Origin: Octopus vulgaris
Lineage: Eukaryota
DNA length: 64,000 nucleotides
NCBI GenBank assembly: GCA_951406725.2
Contig: OX597816.1
Coordinates: 97,092,001 to 97,156,000, forward strand
Direction of reading: 5' to 3'
Positions 25,792-39,165 of the stretch are shown piece by piece. A program made the position numbers and the translations under genes. Under the pieces are notes generated by a model. It searched no databases, was not told where the DNA came from, and worked only from the letters and a program-made list of their open reading frames with translations. The stretch's first letter is position 1. Each line of letters opens with the position of its first letter.

Positions 25792-26638
25792 GTAATCTGA
25801 TCAATAGGTATCCGGACTGTTGCCATAGTAACTAAGCTAAAGCACGCAGAGTAAAGCCGCTTGGCACAGATTGATTTCGAATGCTGTTGTTCACGCGCAC
25901 TAAGTTTTAACGTTCGGGCGCACCGTCGCTGTGTACAACAGTGCTTAGAAGGAAAGTGTGTAGCGTGTGATCGTCTCATTGACCATCACAGGGGAAGTTA
26001 AGCAGATAATCCGCATCACATTCTACTAAAAGCTTGGCGAGGCCTATGCAAAGTTTTCAAAAATTTTCATCGTTCTCAACACAATCAAGGAGATCTATTG
26101 CTACTGAAACCCGAGTGTCTTTTAAGTCAGCTGAAAGCAGTTTTGCCACAAACTTGGCAGTCACGTGTATTATACCCAAATCTTCAGTGATAATGGCCTG
26201 AGCCGTAACTTGTCTGCACATCTGCTGATAACCCCACGGATGGTGATTCAATTATTTCCCTTCACAGCGGCCCGCACATTTGCGATGTTTTTCTCAGTTC
26301 TGCTGGTTGAGGGTCTCCTAGAACGTTCGTCTATATAGTCAATATTTCGGCCATCTTGCAACACTAGCATACTTGTGTGCGGCTCATACACTCCTCTCCA
26401 TACACTTTCTGCAACTTTGTGTAGGCCTCTGAGCAGGTATCACCATGACAACTTTCCGTGTCATGGTCAATGCGACGATCACACGCTACACAAGTTCCTT
26501 CCATGCACTGCTGTAAACAGCAGAAGTGAGCTAGAACGTTAAAACTTAGTGCACACGCACAGCAGAGTTTAAGGTCAACTTTTGTTCTTTAGCTTTGTTA
26601 CTATGGCAACAGTCCGGATACTTATTGATCAGACCTCG
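25791..26638. mobile_element. Mariner derivative made of two 5' ends joined in inverted orientation
   Basis: TA-flanked TIRs (CGxxxTCTGATCAATARGTATCCGGACTGTTGCCATAGTAAC). Both arms continue into the same 5' UTR and transposase start. The minus arm has ERSRRPSTSR and VTAKFVAKLLS (WVPxxL-like). Confidence 0.85.
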
Positions 26639-26955
26639 TATATGTGTGTGTCTGTGTGTGTGTATGTATAGATATGTAGTAATATTCAGTTGTAGGATTC
26701 GTTAAAATGTAGGTATTTCATCGTGCAGGATGCTGGATTAGGCCGAGTTAGTGGCATATTGTAAGTTTTTTATAAATACATGCACAAGTCAAATACACAT
26801 ACATACATGCATACATACATATATACATACACACACATACGTACATATATACATACATACATACACACACATACGTACATACATACATATATACATACAT
26901 ACATACATACATACATATGCACATACATACATACATACATATGCACATACATGCA

Positions 26956-26986
<31 letters not shown>

Positions 26987-27039
26987 GCACATACATGCAT
27001 ACATACATACATACATACATACATACATACATACATACA

Positions 27040-27070
<31 letters not shown>

Positions 27071-27081
27071 GCACATACATA

Positions 27082-28400
27082 CTGCCTAAATACCAAGCTT
27101 GAAAAATTCGGCTTTTGAAAACAAGAAAGAAGAAAGATGATCCGTAAAAGTTTCCAGAAATGTATCATTTAAGTATATATGAGCATGTATATATCTAGCT
27201 ATATGCATGAGAATTTATATATGAAACAAAATATACAAATGTGCACATATACACATATATATATATGCATACGTACATACATATTACGTTGTTTCACATG
27301 AAATGTATTTGAAAGGTAACAATAAAATGTTTCAGATGTGTTAGAGAACTGATTTATTTAATCAAAGTTTGATCTATGTTCATTTATGACGTTTACACAA
27401 CATTTCTGTATATCATATATTCCTTCTTTAAAAAAAACAATTCATCTTTTGCTGTGGTAAACTCTCCGAATGCTTCGATAACCCCTTCTCTATTTAGAAA
27501 TGTTTTATTGCTTATGAAAAGCTCAATATGCTTAAATAAGTGATTAGTAGAAGAGATATCAGGGGAATAGGGAGGATGTTGCAAAATCTTATAATTCAGG
27601 CTTTGAAACTTTTGGACTGTGTGAGGACGTGCATTGTCGTGGAGCAAAATTGGGCCATCTCTAATCACTAGTCTAGGTTCTTTTTCTAATTCTCATGCAT
27701 ACAATCAATTTCCTGGCAATATGACGCTGCTGTTACCGTTTTTCCTTGTTGCAAAAATGAATAATGAGTAACTCCCTTCGCAGACCACCATACAGTGACC
27801 ATTAACTTTAGGGTATAATGGTGGGTTTGGGTAGTGTTTAGGTGACTCTCCTACATTTAATTGCTATCCTATTCTCCTGCTGTTGTCAAAGAGTATCCAT
27901 TTCTTATCACAAGTAATGATCTGATGTAAAAATGGCATTTTTTCAGTCGAGAAAGCAATTAGGAGCTCACTTCGAGGCGTCTGTTTTTTTGTTTGTTTTT
28001 TAACCTCGTTCAGTTCACGTGGAACAAACCTATACATTTTCTTGACTTTTCCAATTTTTTTACAGGTGTCCAAGAACAGTTGTATGAGATGTTTGGAGTT
28101 CTGATGAAAGTTTTCGAGCCTTTGCTCTCGGATTTTGTTCAACTAAAGCATTTAATCCACCATGCCGAATAACTGATTTTGGTCTACCCTTTCGTTTATT
28201 TGCAAGGCTTATCATCTGAACGTGAGCTTTGGAACCATCTCTGAACAGTTGTGATGTCAACAAAACCATTACCTGCTTGATATTCCGTAAAATACCCTGT
28301 TGATGTTGAAATTCCAATGACGGAGCCTTGGATCTAAGTTAGAATCAGGATCTTTCTCGATTGACAAGAAGTCTTGAAATAAAACTGAATAATGTCATAC
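27082..28400 (+). mobile_element. R4/Dong-like 3' end split by a mariner remnant
   Basis: 27082-27282 and 28288-28400 match consecutive parts of 9095-9470; preceded by a long (CATA)n. Confidence 0.75.
27283..28287 (-). mobile_element. Mariner (DD34D-type) remnant, 5' end missing
   Basis: RKGRP, FVPREL, IITCDKKWILFDN, GPILLHDNARPHT, LQHPPYSPDI..HLF in broken frames. Confidence 0.88.
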
Positions 28401-28430
28401 ATAGCTACGTACGTACATAGTACATATATA

Positions 28431-28478
<48 letters not shown>

Positions 28479-28967
28479 TATACACAAATAGTCACCCGGT
28501 CCAATATGCACTATAAATCCAACCTAAAGATTTTTCCAAGTATGGCGTTTGCGTAAAAGAAGAACACAATGCTAAATGCATAGGAAGCCAATTCTTGCTA
28601 TGTATTTAGCACTGTGATCAAATTCTTTACCCACTTATATGAATAATTGTTTAAAATCAGCTGACGATGCCAGATGTTTGTCACGAAGTAATCGATGTAA
28701 TCGAAGTAATCGAAATATTCACCAATAAAAATTCTGCTGAAACAACTGTTGTTAATTTTAAAACTCCACTTGTGTTCTTCCTTATATATATATATACATA
28801 CACGATGCTTCATTCCATTCATAGTCACATTTTACCTACCTCTGGTGCCATATTGCAATGACTCATCATCTTCACAGCATAAACGATATTTAGCATCTAT
28901 ATTGTTTTTTCTTTTGTTTCATAGACACACTGGCGCATACACACGCTGATGGGTACAAACACACGAG

Positions 28968-29010
<43 letters not shown>

Positions 29011-29027
29011 GTACGCATGTTCTTCCC

Positions 29028-29081
<54 letters not shown>

Positions 29082-29606
29082 GACACGCATGTTTCTACAT
29101 AGGTGAAACGTGTATAAAAACATAAATCATACAGAATATAGTAATTAATGACTAAACCTAAAATTTACTTTCGTGCCAGCTGGCTTGTAATTATAAATCT
29201 CTAAATCCCCGTGTCTCTCCTTTCTCTACTTTTCCCTTAGTGCATAACTTCTATATGGTTGACCTTTTCTATTTCTCACTCTCACTAGCATTGATCATCA
29301 TACGTTTCTCTATATCCTTCTATCACCCCACTACTCCCTTCCTGTCTATCTCATTCCCTATGACATCCTCTCTTGCGATGTGCATATATGTGTACGTGAG
29401 TGTGTGTGTGTGTGTCTGTGTGTTTGTGTGTGTGCATGAGTATATGTTTGTCTGAGTGTATGGGTAACACTTTCCTTTTCTGGATGGTATGCCATGTTGA
29501 AAACATAAGCATATACGAGTTTAGTCTTCTTCTTAAGCTGGTTGTCGTATATCCTTATAAGAGTTTGTTGCTTGTTCGGAACTATTAAGTTCCTATACTG
29601 GACTTT

Positions 29607-29646
29607 AATCGACGTTTCGAGGCTATCTCAGCCTTATCATCAGGTT
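29607..29646 (-). ncRNA. Hammerhead ribozyme core with weak stem I
   Basis: Minus strand CTGATGA-taAGGCT gagat AGCCTc-GAAA-CG-TC. Confidence 0.55.
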
Positions 29647-29729
29647 GTAAATTATTCTTGGTTCTTGCACTGCTTCTGTTTTAGCAGAACTCTAACTTGA
29701 ACAATTATAAGCCAAACATTTGCTTCATT

Positions 29730-30295
29730 GTTCAAACAACAGATGTGAATATCTCTTTGAAAATCAAAGAGAAAGAGGATTAGTTAGTTAGTTAGTTAGT
29801 TAATTTGGCTCAAAAGCAAACAGAAAGGCCATGTAGGGGGACATGGAGTTAAGTACAGGGTGGTGTTCATATAAAGAGTTCAGGCCACTTGAGGTCCAGG
29901 GAGGCTTTGAACAAAGCGGTCGTCGGCATCTTCACCATCTCGTCTGGAAGCTTGTTCCACGGATCCGCAACCCGGATTACTATGGACAATTGCTGCGAAA
30001 GCTCCAGCTTCTATATCTAGGTTATAAATTCACATTTATACCAATCATAATTTAACGACTTGGTTTTATGAGTAATTGACTAAGAGACAATCTGTAACTA
30101 AGTGACAATTAACTCGCTGATTACAAATACAATCTTTAAGTGGAAAAAATCAAAATATGCAACACATTCCTCAAATTTAAAATGTGACATTGTTTTTATC
30201 ATCTACAAAGCTCCTGTGATAGAGATTTATATATTTGTTAGAAACAAATCCTACTTTAGAGGAAGAATTAAAATAATTAAAGTCAAAAGAGAATA
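29730..30295 (+). mobile_element. R4/Dong-like 3' remnant interrupted by a CR1 fragment
   Basis: DVNISLKIKEKED|YYGQLLRKLQLLY.GYKFTFIPII matches 7245-7360. Confidence 0.8.
29783..29973 (-). mobile_element. CR1-type LINE 3' end with (AACT)n tail
   Basis: RVADPWNKLPDEMV...FKASLD..W*; tandem tail; GGATTA duplicated at 29777-29782 and 29974-29979. Confidence 0.85.
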
Positions 30296-30794
30296 TATAC
30301 ATAGATACATGCATATGTGTGTGTGTATTTCTGTGTATACGTATATATATTTCACTGGAAATTTTGCTAGTATATAATATTTATATCTAAATGATTTTTT
30401 CCCTTGAAAATGACGTTTGTCTCGCAACCAATACCTACGTATGAACTACGATGATGCTGTTTGACTTGCTAGAAATAGCAGCAAAATTATCCTCAACCAG
30501 ACCTTGCTGACATATAGAAAATGCTGCCGTAGGTGTAGAAAAAGACGGGTTATTCAAGATTGGAACTTCTGTCATAATCCTGTGTCATTATTCGATATTC
30601 GTGATCATGAGCGTTCCTCTGAACCAAACAACAGCCAGCAACAATCAATAACATCAACAGAAGCAGAGGAAGAAGAAGAAGGAAAAGAAGTAGATTTTGG
30701 AAATTATTTCTTATATAAAGGTGAGATAAGACGAAGGAAAAGGATCAAATTGTTTGATCCAGTATTAGTTACAGCAAGTGGAGCTATCTTTTAT

Positions 30795-30960
30795 ATTTAA
30801 CTTGTTTCAGTCACTGGACTGCAGCCTTGCTGTCGTACCGCATTGAAGTGTATAGTCGAAAAAAGCAACCTCAACACTTATAACCTGGTACTTATTCTAT
30901 CAATCTCTTAGGCCGAACCGTTGTTACCGGGGTGTAAACAACCTGACAGCAGCTGTCAAG
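30795..30960 (-). mobile_element. SINE-like 3' fragment, same family as 42850-43010 (+)
   Basis: Shared CGGTTCGG...GATA.AATAAGTAC.AGG...TTCGACTA...GCGGTAC...AGTGACT.AAACAA. Confidence 0.55.
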
Positions 30961-32733
30961 CGGTAGCGGAGGACGAACTGAATATAAACACGACATAATC
31001 ACACGCACACAGACACACACGTGCGCATCCACACACATATACACACGCGCACGTGCACAAAAGTTCACACACAGAGATACACACGCACACGTACACACAC
31101 GCACACACATAGACACAGACAATGTGAGCTTCTTTCAGATTCCATCTAGCAAACCTATTCGCATGGCGACAATCAATAACATCTTTTTCTGTAGCGTGAT
31201 CATTACTGATGCAGAACATCACCAGTCTGCTCAGATTCTGGATTTTGCGCAAACATATGTATAAACTGTTTACGACCATTACACATGGCTAATGTTCCTG
31301 ATATTCATCAGAAGCAGAGTTTTTGCCATAACGATTCCGATTCTATGTTTCTTTTATATATTTATATCCTATACTAACTGCTTGTTTTGTCTTTGGCTTT
31401 ATTTCACAGTTTATTGTTTCGATTACATTTGTAAAAGAAAATTTTATATTGTAAAAGGAATTATCATTTTCTCGAGCAAACAAAATTGATTCTACATATT
31501 AAACATCATTTTTCGGTTGTATATTGTTTAAAATTTAATAGAAATATGGATGGATTAAATTGAAGGATTTGGAACTGTTTATCTGTGAGAAGTGTTTATT
31601 TAGCAAATCTTTTATTCTATTATTTGTGGAAATTGGATCGCAAAAAAAAAAAAATATGTAATAGAAAAACAAAGACAGTTCAGAAACAACACTAAATATT
31701 AATTGGCAAACTACTTCTTAGATTGTGAGACATTTATGAGTATTGCAGTACAACATAAGAAATTTACAACTTCCCATACAATAAAAACACAGCTATATTT
31801 TCAGATGACGTCACAGCTAATTGTTGCCACCATTCACCAGACATGGGTGAACATTATCAAGTCTCAATTAGCCTAGGACTCTGGTCTTTCCAAAACGGAA
31901 TCTATGCTGAACCACCCGGGCACAGTCTTCCTTACAACCACAGATCAGTTAAAACAAATCTCTCTCACTCAAGAACATAAACATGATAACAGTCATCAAA
32001 GCGAATGACTATCCTAGGAATAACAAAAAAATCTGACTATATTATCTCGATTACACTACTGGATAATATGTGATGATCAGACAATTCAGATAATAGAGTA
32101 GCAAGGAGATCGCAAGTTCCTCGGTAGCACACATATATATAAAAGCAGTGAAATCATGCAAACAAACATACATACGTACGTATGTATATACAAACATAAA
32201 TACATACGTACATCTACACAAAGATATAAAGGCTCACCGTTTTCCCTTTATTTTGTGTTTGGGGAGAGCAAAGCTAGAAATTTACAACAGATACGGACGC
32301 CCAGTGGTACTCACACGTAGAAGCACATGCACATGCATATCGTTGCTATTATGCAAAAATCTCGTAAGTCCAAAACGATGCTTCTTCAGACAACGAAAAA
32401 ATAGTTTCACCATTCCATAGCAAAACCGGTGTACTAGAATTTCAGAATTTTTGATATCTTGGCATCTGAAGCAACTGGAGATACGATAGTTTGATCAAAA
32501 GAATCGGCAAAAAAAATATTGAAAAATAAATATTGAAAAAAAAGCAAACGCATTTGGTCAAATTTTGATATACGACAGTTTAACATAATAGCAAGGATAT
32601 ATATGTATATATGTATATGTATTTGGATATGTATATGTATCTCTATCAGTCTGTCAGTTTGTCAGTCAGTCTCTCAAACTGTCAGCCCATCTGTCAGCCT
32701 GTCTGTCTGTCTGTTTATCTATCGATCTATTTG

Positions 32734-32798
<65 letters not shown>

Positions 32799-33099
32799 GT
32801 AGCTAGATAGATACGCGCATACAGAATATTGCTCATAATATTTTTCAAAAGAATGTCAATCCCTCTTATACATATGTATATGTGAATGTTGTGCGTGTGT
32901 GTGTGTCTTTGTGTACGAAACAGGTACCAGACGAGTACTGGAATCTGTTACTATGGGGGAAAGAATTATTAGGACTTAAATTGCCTACCACCTACATCCT
33001 TTCTCCCGGGTAGCACTGCGTACTTTTGAAGTGTAAATGTGTAACAGTATTTGTGTTAATACATACACATACACATCATATCACATCATACGGAAAACA

Positions 33100-33148
<49 letters not shown>

Positions 33149-33254
33149 AAAAAAGGTTTGAAAATGCAATTTAAACGATGTTTATTTACTTAACCGGTTT
33201 CACTCTTTGGTAAAAGATTGTCAAAAGTTACATTTAAGGAAACATTGAATAATA

Positions 33255-33470
33255 TGGGTTCAAAAAAAGTTTTTTACATAATTGTCACATTGAATATTAT
33301 GCATTCAAAAAAGTTTTTTACATAATTGTCACATTGGATATTATGGGTTCAAAAAAAGTTTTTTACATAATTGTCACATTGAATATTATGCATTCAAAAA
33401 AGTTTTTTACATAATTGTCACATTGGATATTATGAATTCAAAAATGTTTTTTTATACATAATTGTCACAT
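33255..33470. repeat. ~44-45-bp tandem repeat (~5 copies) within the PLE arm, mirrored at ~36755-36975
   Basis: TTCAAAAAAGTTTTTTACATAATTGTCACATTGRATATTATG repeated. Confidence 0.92.
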
Positions 33471-33904
33471 TATTTGGGAAAATTTGGCAGAAAAGGATAA
33501 AACAAATATATTATTGGGAATTGGTTGCGTTAATTATTGGTTGTCGCAAATTGTCACATTACATGTATATATATACAATCTTTGGTATATATATACAGCG
33601 TTTTGACAGCAAAAATTAAAATGGATTTTTTGTCCATCTCAGAATATTTTAAGTATGTTTTTACTGACCTGTTAGTATTAGCAGAAAGGCTGAACTGAGA
33701 GAACAGAAGTAGCCAATGTGGTGTATACTTCCCCTTTATGCATGAATGATTTTGGGGTTATCAGGAGGTTAGTATGCGGGTGTGAATAGATGTGTCCGTG
33801 CCTGCTGGTCAGACAGCGTCTGTTTGTCACACACATATATATACACAAACACACACACACCAAACACACACACTGGTAGGTCCCACATCTACTGAGAACA
33901 CACT

Positions 33905-34951
33905 GATGATTGCCTCATCCATGGTCCCACACTCGACCAACTTATAGACTTCAAAAACCTTATCAACAGTGTAAATAACAACATTCAATTCACAATGGAA
34001 TATAGTCAGGACCAACTCCCTTTTCTTGACATCCTAATCATTAAAAAAGGCGTCAACATTGAAACTGACATCCATTACAAACCCACTGACTCTAAACAAT
34101 ACCTTCTATTCACCTCCAATCACCCAAAACACACAAAGACAAATATCCCCTTCAACCTAGCGAGAAGAATCTGCACTATTGTCTCAAATGACACAACACG
34201 AAATAGAAGACTCCGGGAACTAAGGGCAATTCTTCTCGAAAGACATTACCCGGCATCACTAGTAGACAACGGAATAGAACGGGCCAAATCAATCAACATT
34301 CAAGACCTTCGAAAACCCAAACACATCCACAGTACAGTCAATAGCCTCCCTTATCTCTCAACACACAACCCAAGGAATGCAGAAGCTTACACTATTATAT
34401 ACAACAACATTCCACAACTAAATCAAGACCCACGCCTGAAAAAAATACTGGCAGCTCATAAAATAATAAAAAGTAAGAGACAACCTAAATCCCTAAAAAA
34501 CCTCCTCACCAACGCAAAATTACACAACACAAACCCACCGCCCACCATCAAAAAATGTGGTCGCCCCAACTGTAAGACCTGCATCCACCTCATTGAGGGA
34601 TCGTCGTACAAGTTCCACTCGGGACACACATTCATCATAAAAAATAACTTCACGTGCGCATCAAAAAATTTACTCTACGTCATAAGGTGTGAAGGATGCC
34701 ACGAAGACTACATAGGGCAAACGAGCCTTACCCTCAGAGACAGAATGACAGTTCACCGACAACAACTGAGGGACCCCTCCACAAGACAGATACCACTAAG
34801 TGGACACTTAGACCTTTGTGCACACAATAAGTCCCCCAAATTCTTAGTCTTCCCACTATACCAATGCTCGGACAACACCACAGACCAAACACGAATAAAT
34901 AAGGAAAGTAATCTTATTCAAAAATACAGACCACAACTAAACATACTCTAA
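33905..34951 (+). CDS. PLE RT C-terminus, Zn-finger linker and GIY-YIG endonuclease (5'-truncated, uninterrupted)
   Basis: Frame open from DDCLI (catalytic DD) through LPFLDILI, YKPTD, HPKHTK.NIP, CGRPNCKTC, NLLYVIRC..C..DYIGQT, R...H, KE..LI..Y.PQLN. Confidence 0.9.
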   Translation, partial: DDCLIHGPTLDQLIDFKNLINSVNNNIQFTMEYSQDQLPFLDILIIKKGVNIETDIHYKPTDSKQYLLFTSNHPKHTKTNIPFNLARRICTIVSNDTTRNRRLRELRAILLERHYPASLVDNGIERAKSINIQDLRKPKHIHSTVNSLPYLSTHNPRNAEAYTIIYNNIPQLNQDPRLKKILAAHKIIKSKRQPKSLKNLLTNAKLHNTNPPPTIKKCGRPNCKTCIHLIEGSSYKFHSGHTFIIKNNFTCASKNLLYVIRCEGCHEDYIGQTSLTLRDRMTVHRQQLRDPSTRQIPLSGHLDLCAHNKSPKFLVFPLYQCSDNTTDQTRINKESNLIQKYRPQLNIL

Positions 34952-35246
34952 CATACCCCCTGGAAGCACATCCAGAGCAAGCACACAGGGACGCGCGCAC
35001 GCTCACAGCATATCGTGCGGGCGGGCACATGCGCGCATCGGCACGCATAGGACACACTAGCGGGCATTGACCGCACACATACGTGGCATGCACACGCATG
35101 CATTATATATATGTAGGTGATATATGTGTGTGTGTGTGTGTGTGTGCACTGTGTGCGTGTGTGTGTATATGTGTGTGTGCGCGCGTTGTATGTGTTTGTG
35201 TGTGTGCACGTGTGTATATATGTGTGTGTGTGTGTGCACTGTGTGC

Positions 35247-35281
<35 letters not shown>

Positions 35282-35312
35282 CATTGTATACGTGTGTATG
35301 TATTTACATATG

Positions 35313-35362
<50 letters not shown>

Positions 35363-36997
35363 TGTGTGTGTATATGCATGGTATGTGTGTATATGTTAGT
35401 ACTTTGTTTGTGTGTATGTGCGGCATGTAGAGATATATTTGAGTGTGTACGCTATAGGTTTGTAATTTGTGTGTGTGGGGGGTGGTGAATTTTTTATATA
35501 TATATGTGTGTGTGTATGTGTGTGAAAAAATATATGTATGTGCATGTATGTATGTATGTATGTGTGTATATATATATATATATATGTGTATATATATGTG
35601 TGTGTGTGTATGTGTGTGTGTGTATATTTATTTGCATGTTTATGTGTGTATAAACATGTACATTATTTGCATGCGCATTGTATATATGTATATTGTATGT
35701 ATGTGTATTGTATATGTACGTGTACAATTAAGTGTATATATTTGTGTGTATGTGTGCACTGTATATATGTATATTGTAGGTGTGCTATATGTGCATGAAT
35801 ACATGTATATGCATTGCGTGTATATATATGTATGCATTGTGTGTGTATGTATGTTATGTGTGTGTGTGTGTATATATATATTATATGTATGCGTACGTGT
35901 ATGTGTATGCATTGTATGTATGTGTGTTGTGTGTATATGTGGTACATCTATGTATGTGTATGTAAACACTATTTATATGTATATGTGTATATATGTATAT
36001 GCATTGTCTATATATATATATATTGTATGTATGTATTGCGTATGTATATTGCATGCATATATTGTGTATGTATATTACTTACATGCTGTATGTGTGTATT
36101 GTATGTGTGTATATATATATGCTAGGTGTATTTGTGTGATATTTATATTATGTATGTATGTGTGCGTGTGTTGTGTGTGTGTGTGTGTATGTGTGTTATA
36201 TATCTGTGTATATTATATATAGATACATGTTATATTTGTGTGCTGTGTATATATGTGATATATGTGGGTGCGTTGTGTGTGGGTGTGTGTGTTCTGTGTG
36301 TGTGTGTGTTGTCTGTATGTGGTTTGTGTTTGTATACTATGTGTGTGTGTGTGTGTGTTGTTGTGTGTGTGTGTGTTTGTGTGTATATATATGTGTGTGA
36401 CAAACAGACGCTGTCTGACCAGCAGGCACGGACACATCTATTCACACCCGCATACTAACCTCCTGATAACCCCAAAATCATTCATGCATAAAGGGGAAGT
36501 ATACACCACATTGGCTACTTCTGTTCTCTCAGTTCAGCCTTTCTGCTAATACTAACAGGTCAGTAAAAACATACTTAAAATATTCTGAGATGGACAAAAA
36601 ATCCATTTTAATTTTTGCTGTCAAAACGCTGTATATATATACCAAAGATTGTATATATATACATGTAATGTGACAATTTGCGACAACCAATAATTAACGC
36701 AACCAATTCCCAATAATATATTTGTTTTATCCTTTTCTGCCAAATTTTCCCAAATAATGTGACAATTATGTATAAAAAAACATTTTTGAATTCATAATAT
36801 CCAATGTGACAATTATGTAAAAAACTTTTTTGAATGCATAATATTCAATGTGACAATTATGTAAAAAACTTTTTTTGAACCCATAATATCCAATGTGACA
36901 ATTATGTAAAAAACTTTTTTGAATGCATAATATTCAATGTGACAATTATGTAAAAAACTTTTTTGAACCCATATTATTCAATGTTTCCTTAAATGTA

Positions 36998-37038
36998 ACT
37001 TTTGACAATCTTTTACCAAAGAGTGAAACCGGTTAAGT
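36998..37038 (+). ncRNA. Minimal hammerhead-like motif, U3-A8 core (mirror copy at 33188-33228, -)
   Basis: ACTT-TTGACAA-TCTTT tacc AAAGA-gt-GAAA-CCGG-TT-AAGT, ~45 nt before the element end. Confidence 0.65.
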
Positions 37039-37115
37039 AAATAAACATCGTTTAAATTGCATTTTCAAACCTTTTTTCTTATATAATCCCACTCGTGCGA
37101 TACCCCACAACTCAA

Positions 37116-37249
<134 letters not shown>

Positions 37250-37478
37250 AATTTGGGATCTTAACTATAGTTCCGCAACTCCTATTTCAGGATAATCTTA
37301 TTGTATGGAATACACATAGAAAGTTATATCCAATAAGATATGTGTGCGTTTATGTGTGCGCCCGTGTGTATAAAGGTGTATGTGTTTGTATGTGCGTGGG
37401 GCTGTGTGGGTTAGGTATGTGTGCCTGTGCGTGTGTATGTGTGTGTGCGTTTGTGTACGGAGACAACAAAGCCAAGGC

Positions 37479-37870
37479 CGTGTGAAATTTTCAGGACCTT
37501 TATAAATCGAAAGTTAGTCTTACACCTTTTTCTGGGATATTAGGGATATCACTTCATCAGAGACGATGTGGGATGGTTAAATAGAGGAAAATATTAGAGT
37601 TCAATATAAGGAGTTATTTTTGAGAAGGAAGCAAATAAGAAGTATATAAGGAGAATGAATGTAGAAATAAAAATTAAAATGTATAAAGATGTTATAGTTG
37701 CAGTCCCATTATCTAAAGAATGTGGTGTGTAGAAGTGGTAGAAATCTTCCTGTGCGTGGTATTTAAATTCCAATAGGAGTTCATATTTTGTGATCACAAA
37801 TGGAAAGTGTGAAGTCGTAGATTCTATGTGCTGCTCATTCAAGGGGGTCTTTTGGTGCAAATGAAAATTT
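37479..37870 (-). mobile_element. Possible old PLE 3' remnant with a degenerate long-stem-II HHR (37479-37565)
   Basis: Minus strand FICTKRP/LNEQ resembles a GIY-YIG terminus; downstream CGTCT-CTGATGA...GAAA-ATT-TC-ACACG. Confidence 0.35.
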
Positions 37871-38285
37871 GAGAATATAGTGGTAGTATTAAGTGGATAG
37901 ATAGGGGAGAAGAGATGTGTATGTTAAAATGAAGAGAGCGTTTAAAGGAGAAGGTGAAAAAAGAAGAAGGACAGAAGAAGAGAACATGAAATCAAGAATA
38001 GAAAATGAAAAAAGCATAAGGAAGTGAAAGAATGAAAAAAGGTGGTTAAGTTATTATAGGGGAGTGGTTGGAATAGATAATGTAAGTAATGAGTATGTGT
38101 GAGGTTTGCGCGGTGGGGGTGATAAATTCGAATGCCAGGAAGGAATGGGTACACAAAAGGGTATAGGAGAGGGGTTTCTAAAGTGAATAGTAAACCACAA
38201 AACGGAAGCGATTAATACTAAGAATGGTCAACTTTCTATAAATAGGCTTATGTGTTTATTTTATTGGCTGTTGGCTAATGTGATA

Positions 38286-38510
38286 GTGTGGAGCTGGCAG
38301 AACCGTTAGCAGGCCGGGCGAAATGCGTAGCCGTATTTCGTCTGTCGTTACGTTGAGTTCAAATTCCGCTGAGGTCGACTTTGCCTTTCATCCTTTCGGT
38401 GTTGATAAATAAAGTACCAGTTACGCACTGGGGTTGATGTAATCGACTTAATCCCTTTGTCTGTCCTTGCTTGTTCCCTCTATGTTTAGCCCCTTGTGGG
38501 CAATAAAGAT
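38286..38510 (+). mobile_element. tRNA-derived SINE (17404 family)
   Basis: Colinear high similarity to 17404-17638. Confidence 0.9.
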
Positions 38511-38672
38511 ATATATATATATAGGCTTTGGATATTTTTTTCGTATCGAAGAACGTTAAGATGAAAAAGTTCTTTTTATATTCCACGGTAGGCAACCAGG
38601 GTTCTGATTCAATCTTCCTTGCATCAGCATGTACCTCCTGGCGACTATGTAACCTTTAATCAATATGTCCTT

Positions 38673-38713
<41 letters not shown>

Positions 38714-39070
38714 TCGCTATGAAACATTCGTAACACAGATCTTTCCTACTCCAGTCCATAACTCTTATATTCTTATTCGCACACCTAGCAACCTTGGTCG
38801 CCTACCGTGGAATATATATATATATGATTTATTTTCAGAATGAGTAAAATACCAAGGCTGTGAAGTGGCGGAATAAAAATAGATGTGAGATATGCAGGGA
38901 TATTGCATTTGTAGATCCATTATCTAGGCAGAATGGAATACATATAAGATTCCAATACTTGTGAGTAAAATCAAATAGTATTTAAAATTGGTCATTCCAA
39001 GTATAGAGTTAAATACTATTGGATTTTACTCACAAAGGCTTTAGAATCTTATATGTATACCATATATATA

Positions 39071-39110
<40 letters not shown>

Positions 39111-39115
39111 CATAC

Positions 39116-39165
<50 letters not shown>

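Larger units (their letters stand above)
33143..37084 (+). mobile_element. 5'-truncated Penelope-like element (Neptune-type) with inverted terminal arms, in (TA)n
   Basis: Near-perfect ~715-bp inverted arms (~33143-33860 / ~36366-37084) around an RT-thumb/GIY-YIG ORF and a degenerate (TG/TA) region. Confidence 0.92.

Noticed and set aside
31150-32130. Possible exons after acceptor-like sites (31194, 31804)
   Set aside because: Short frames without identifiable homology.
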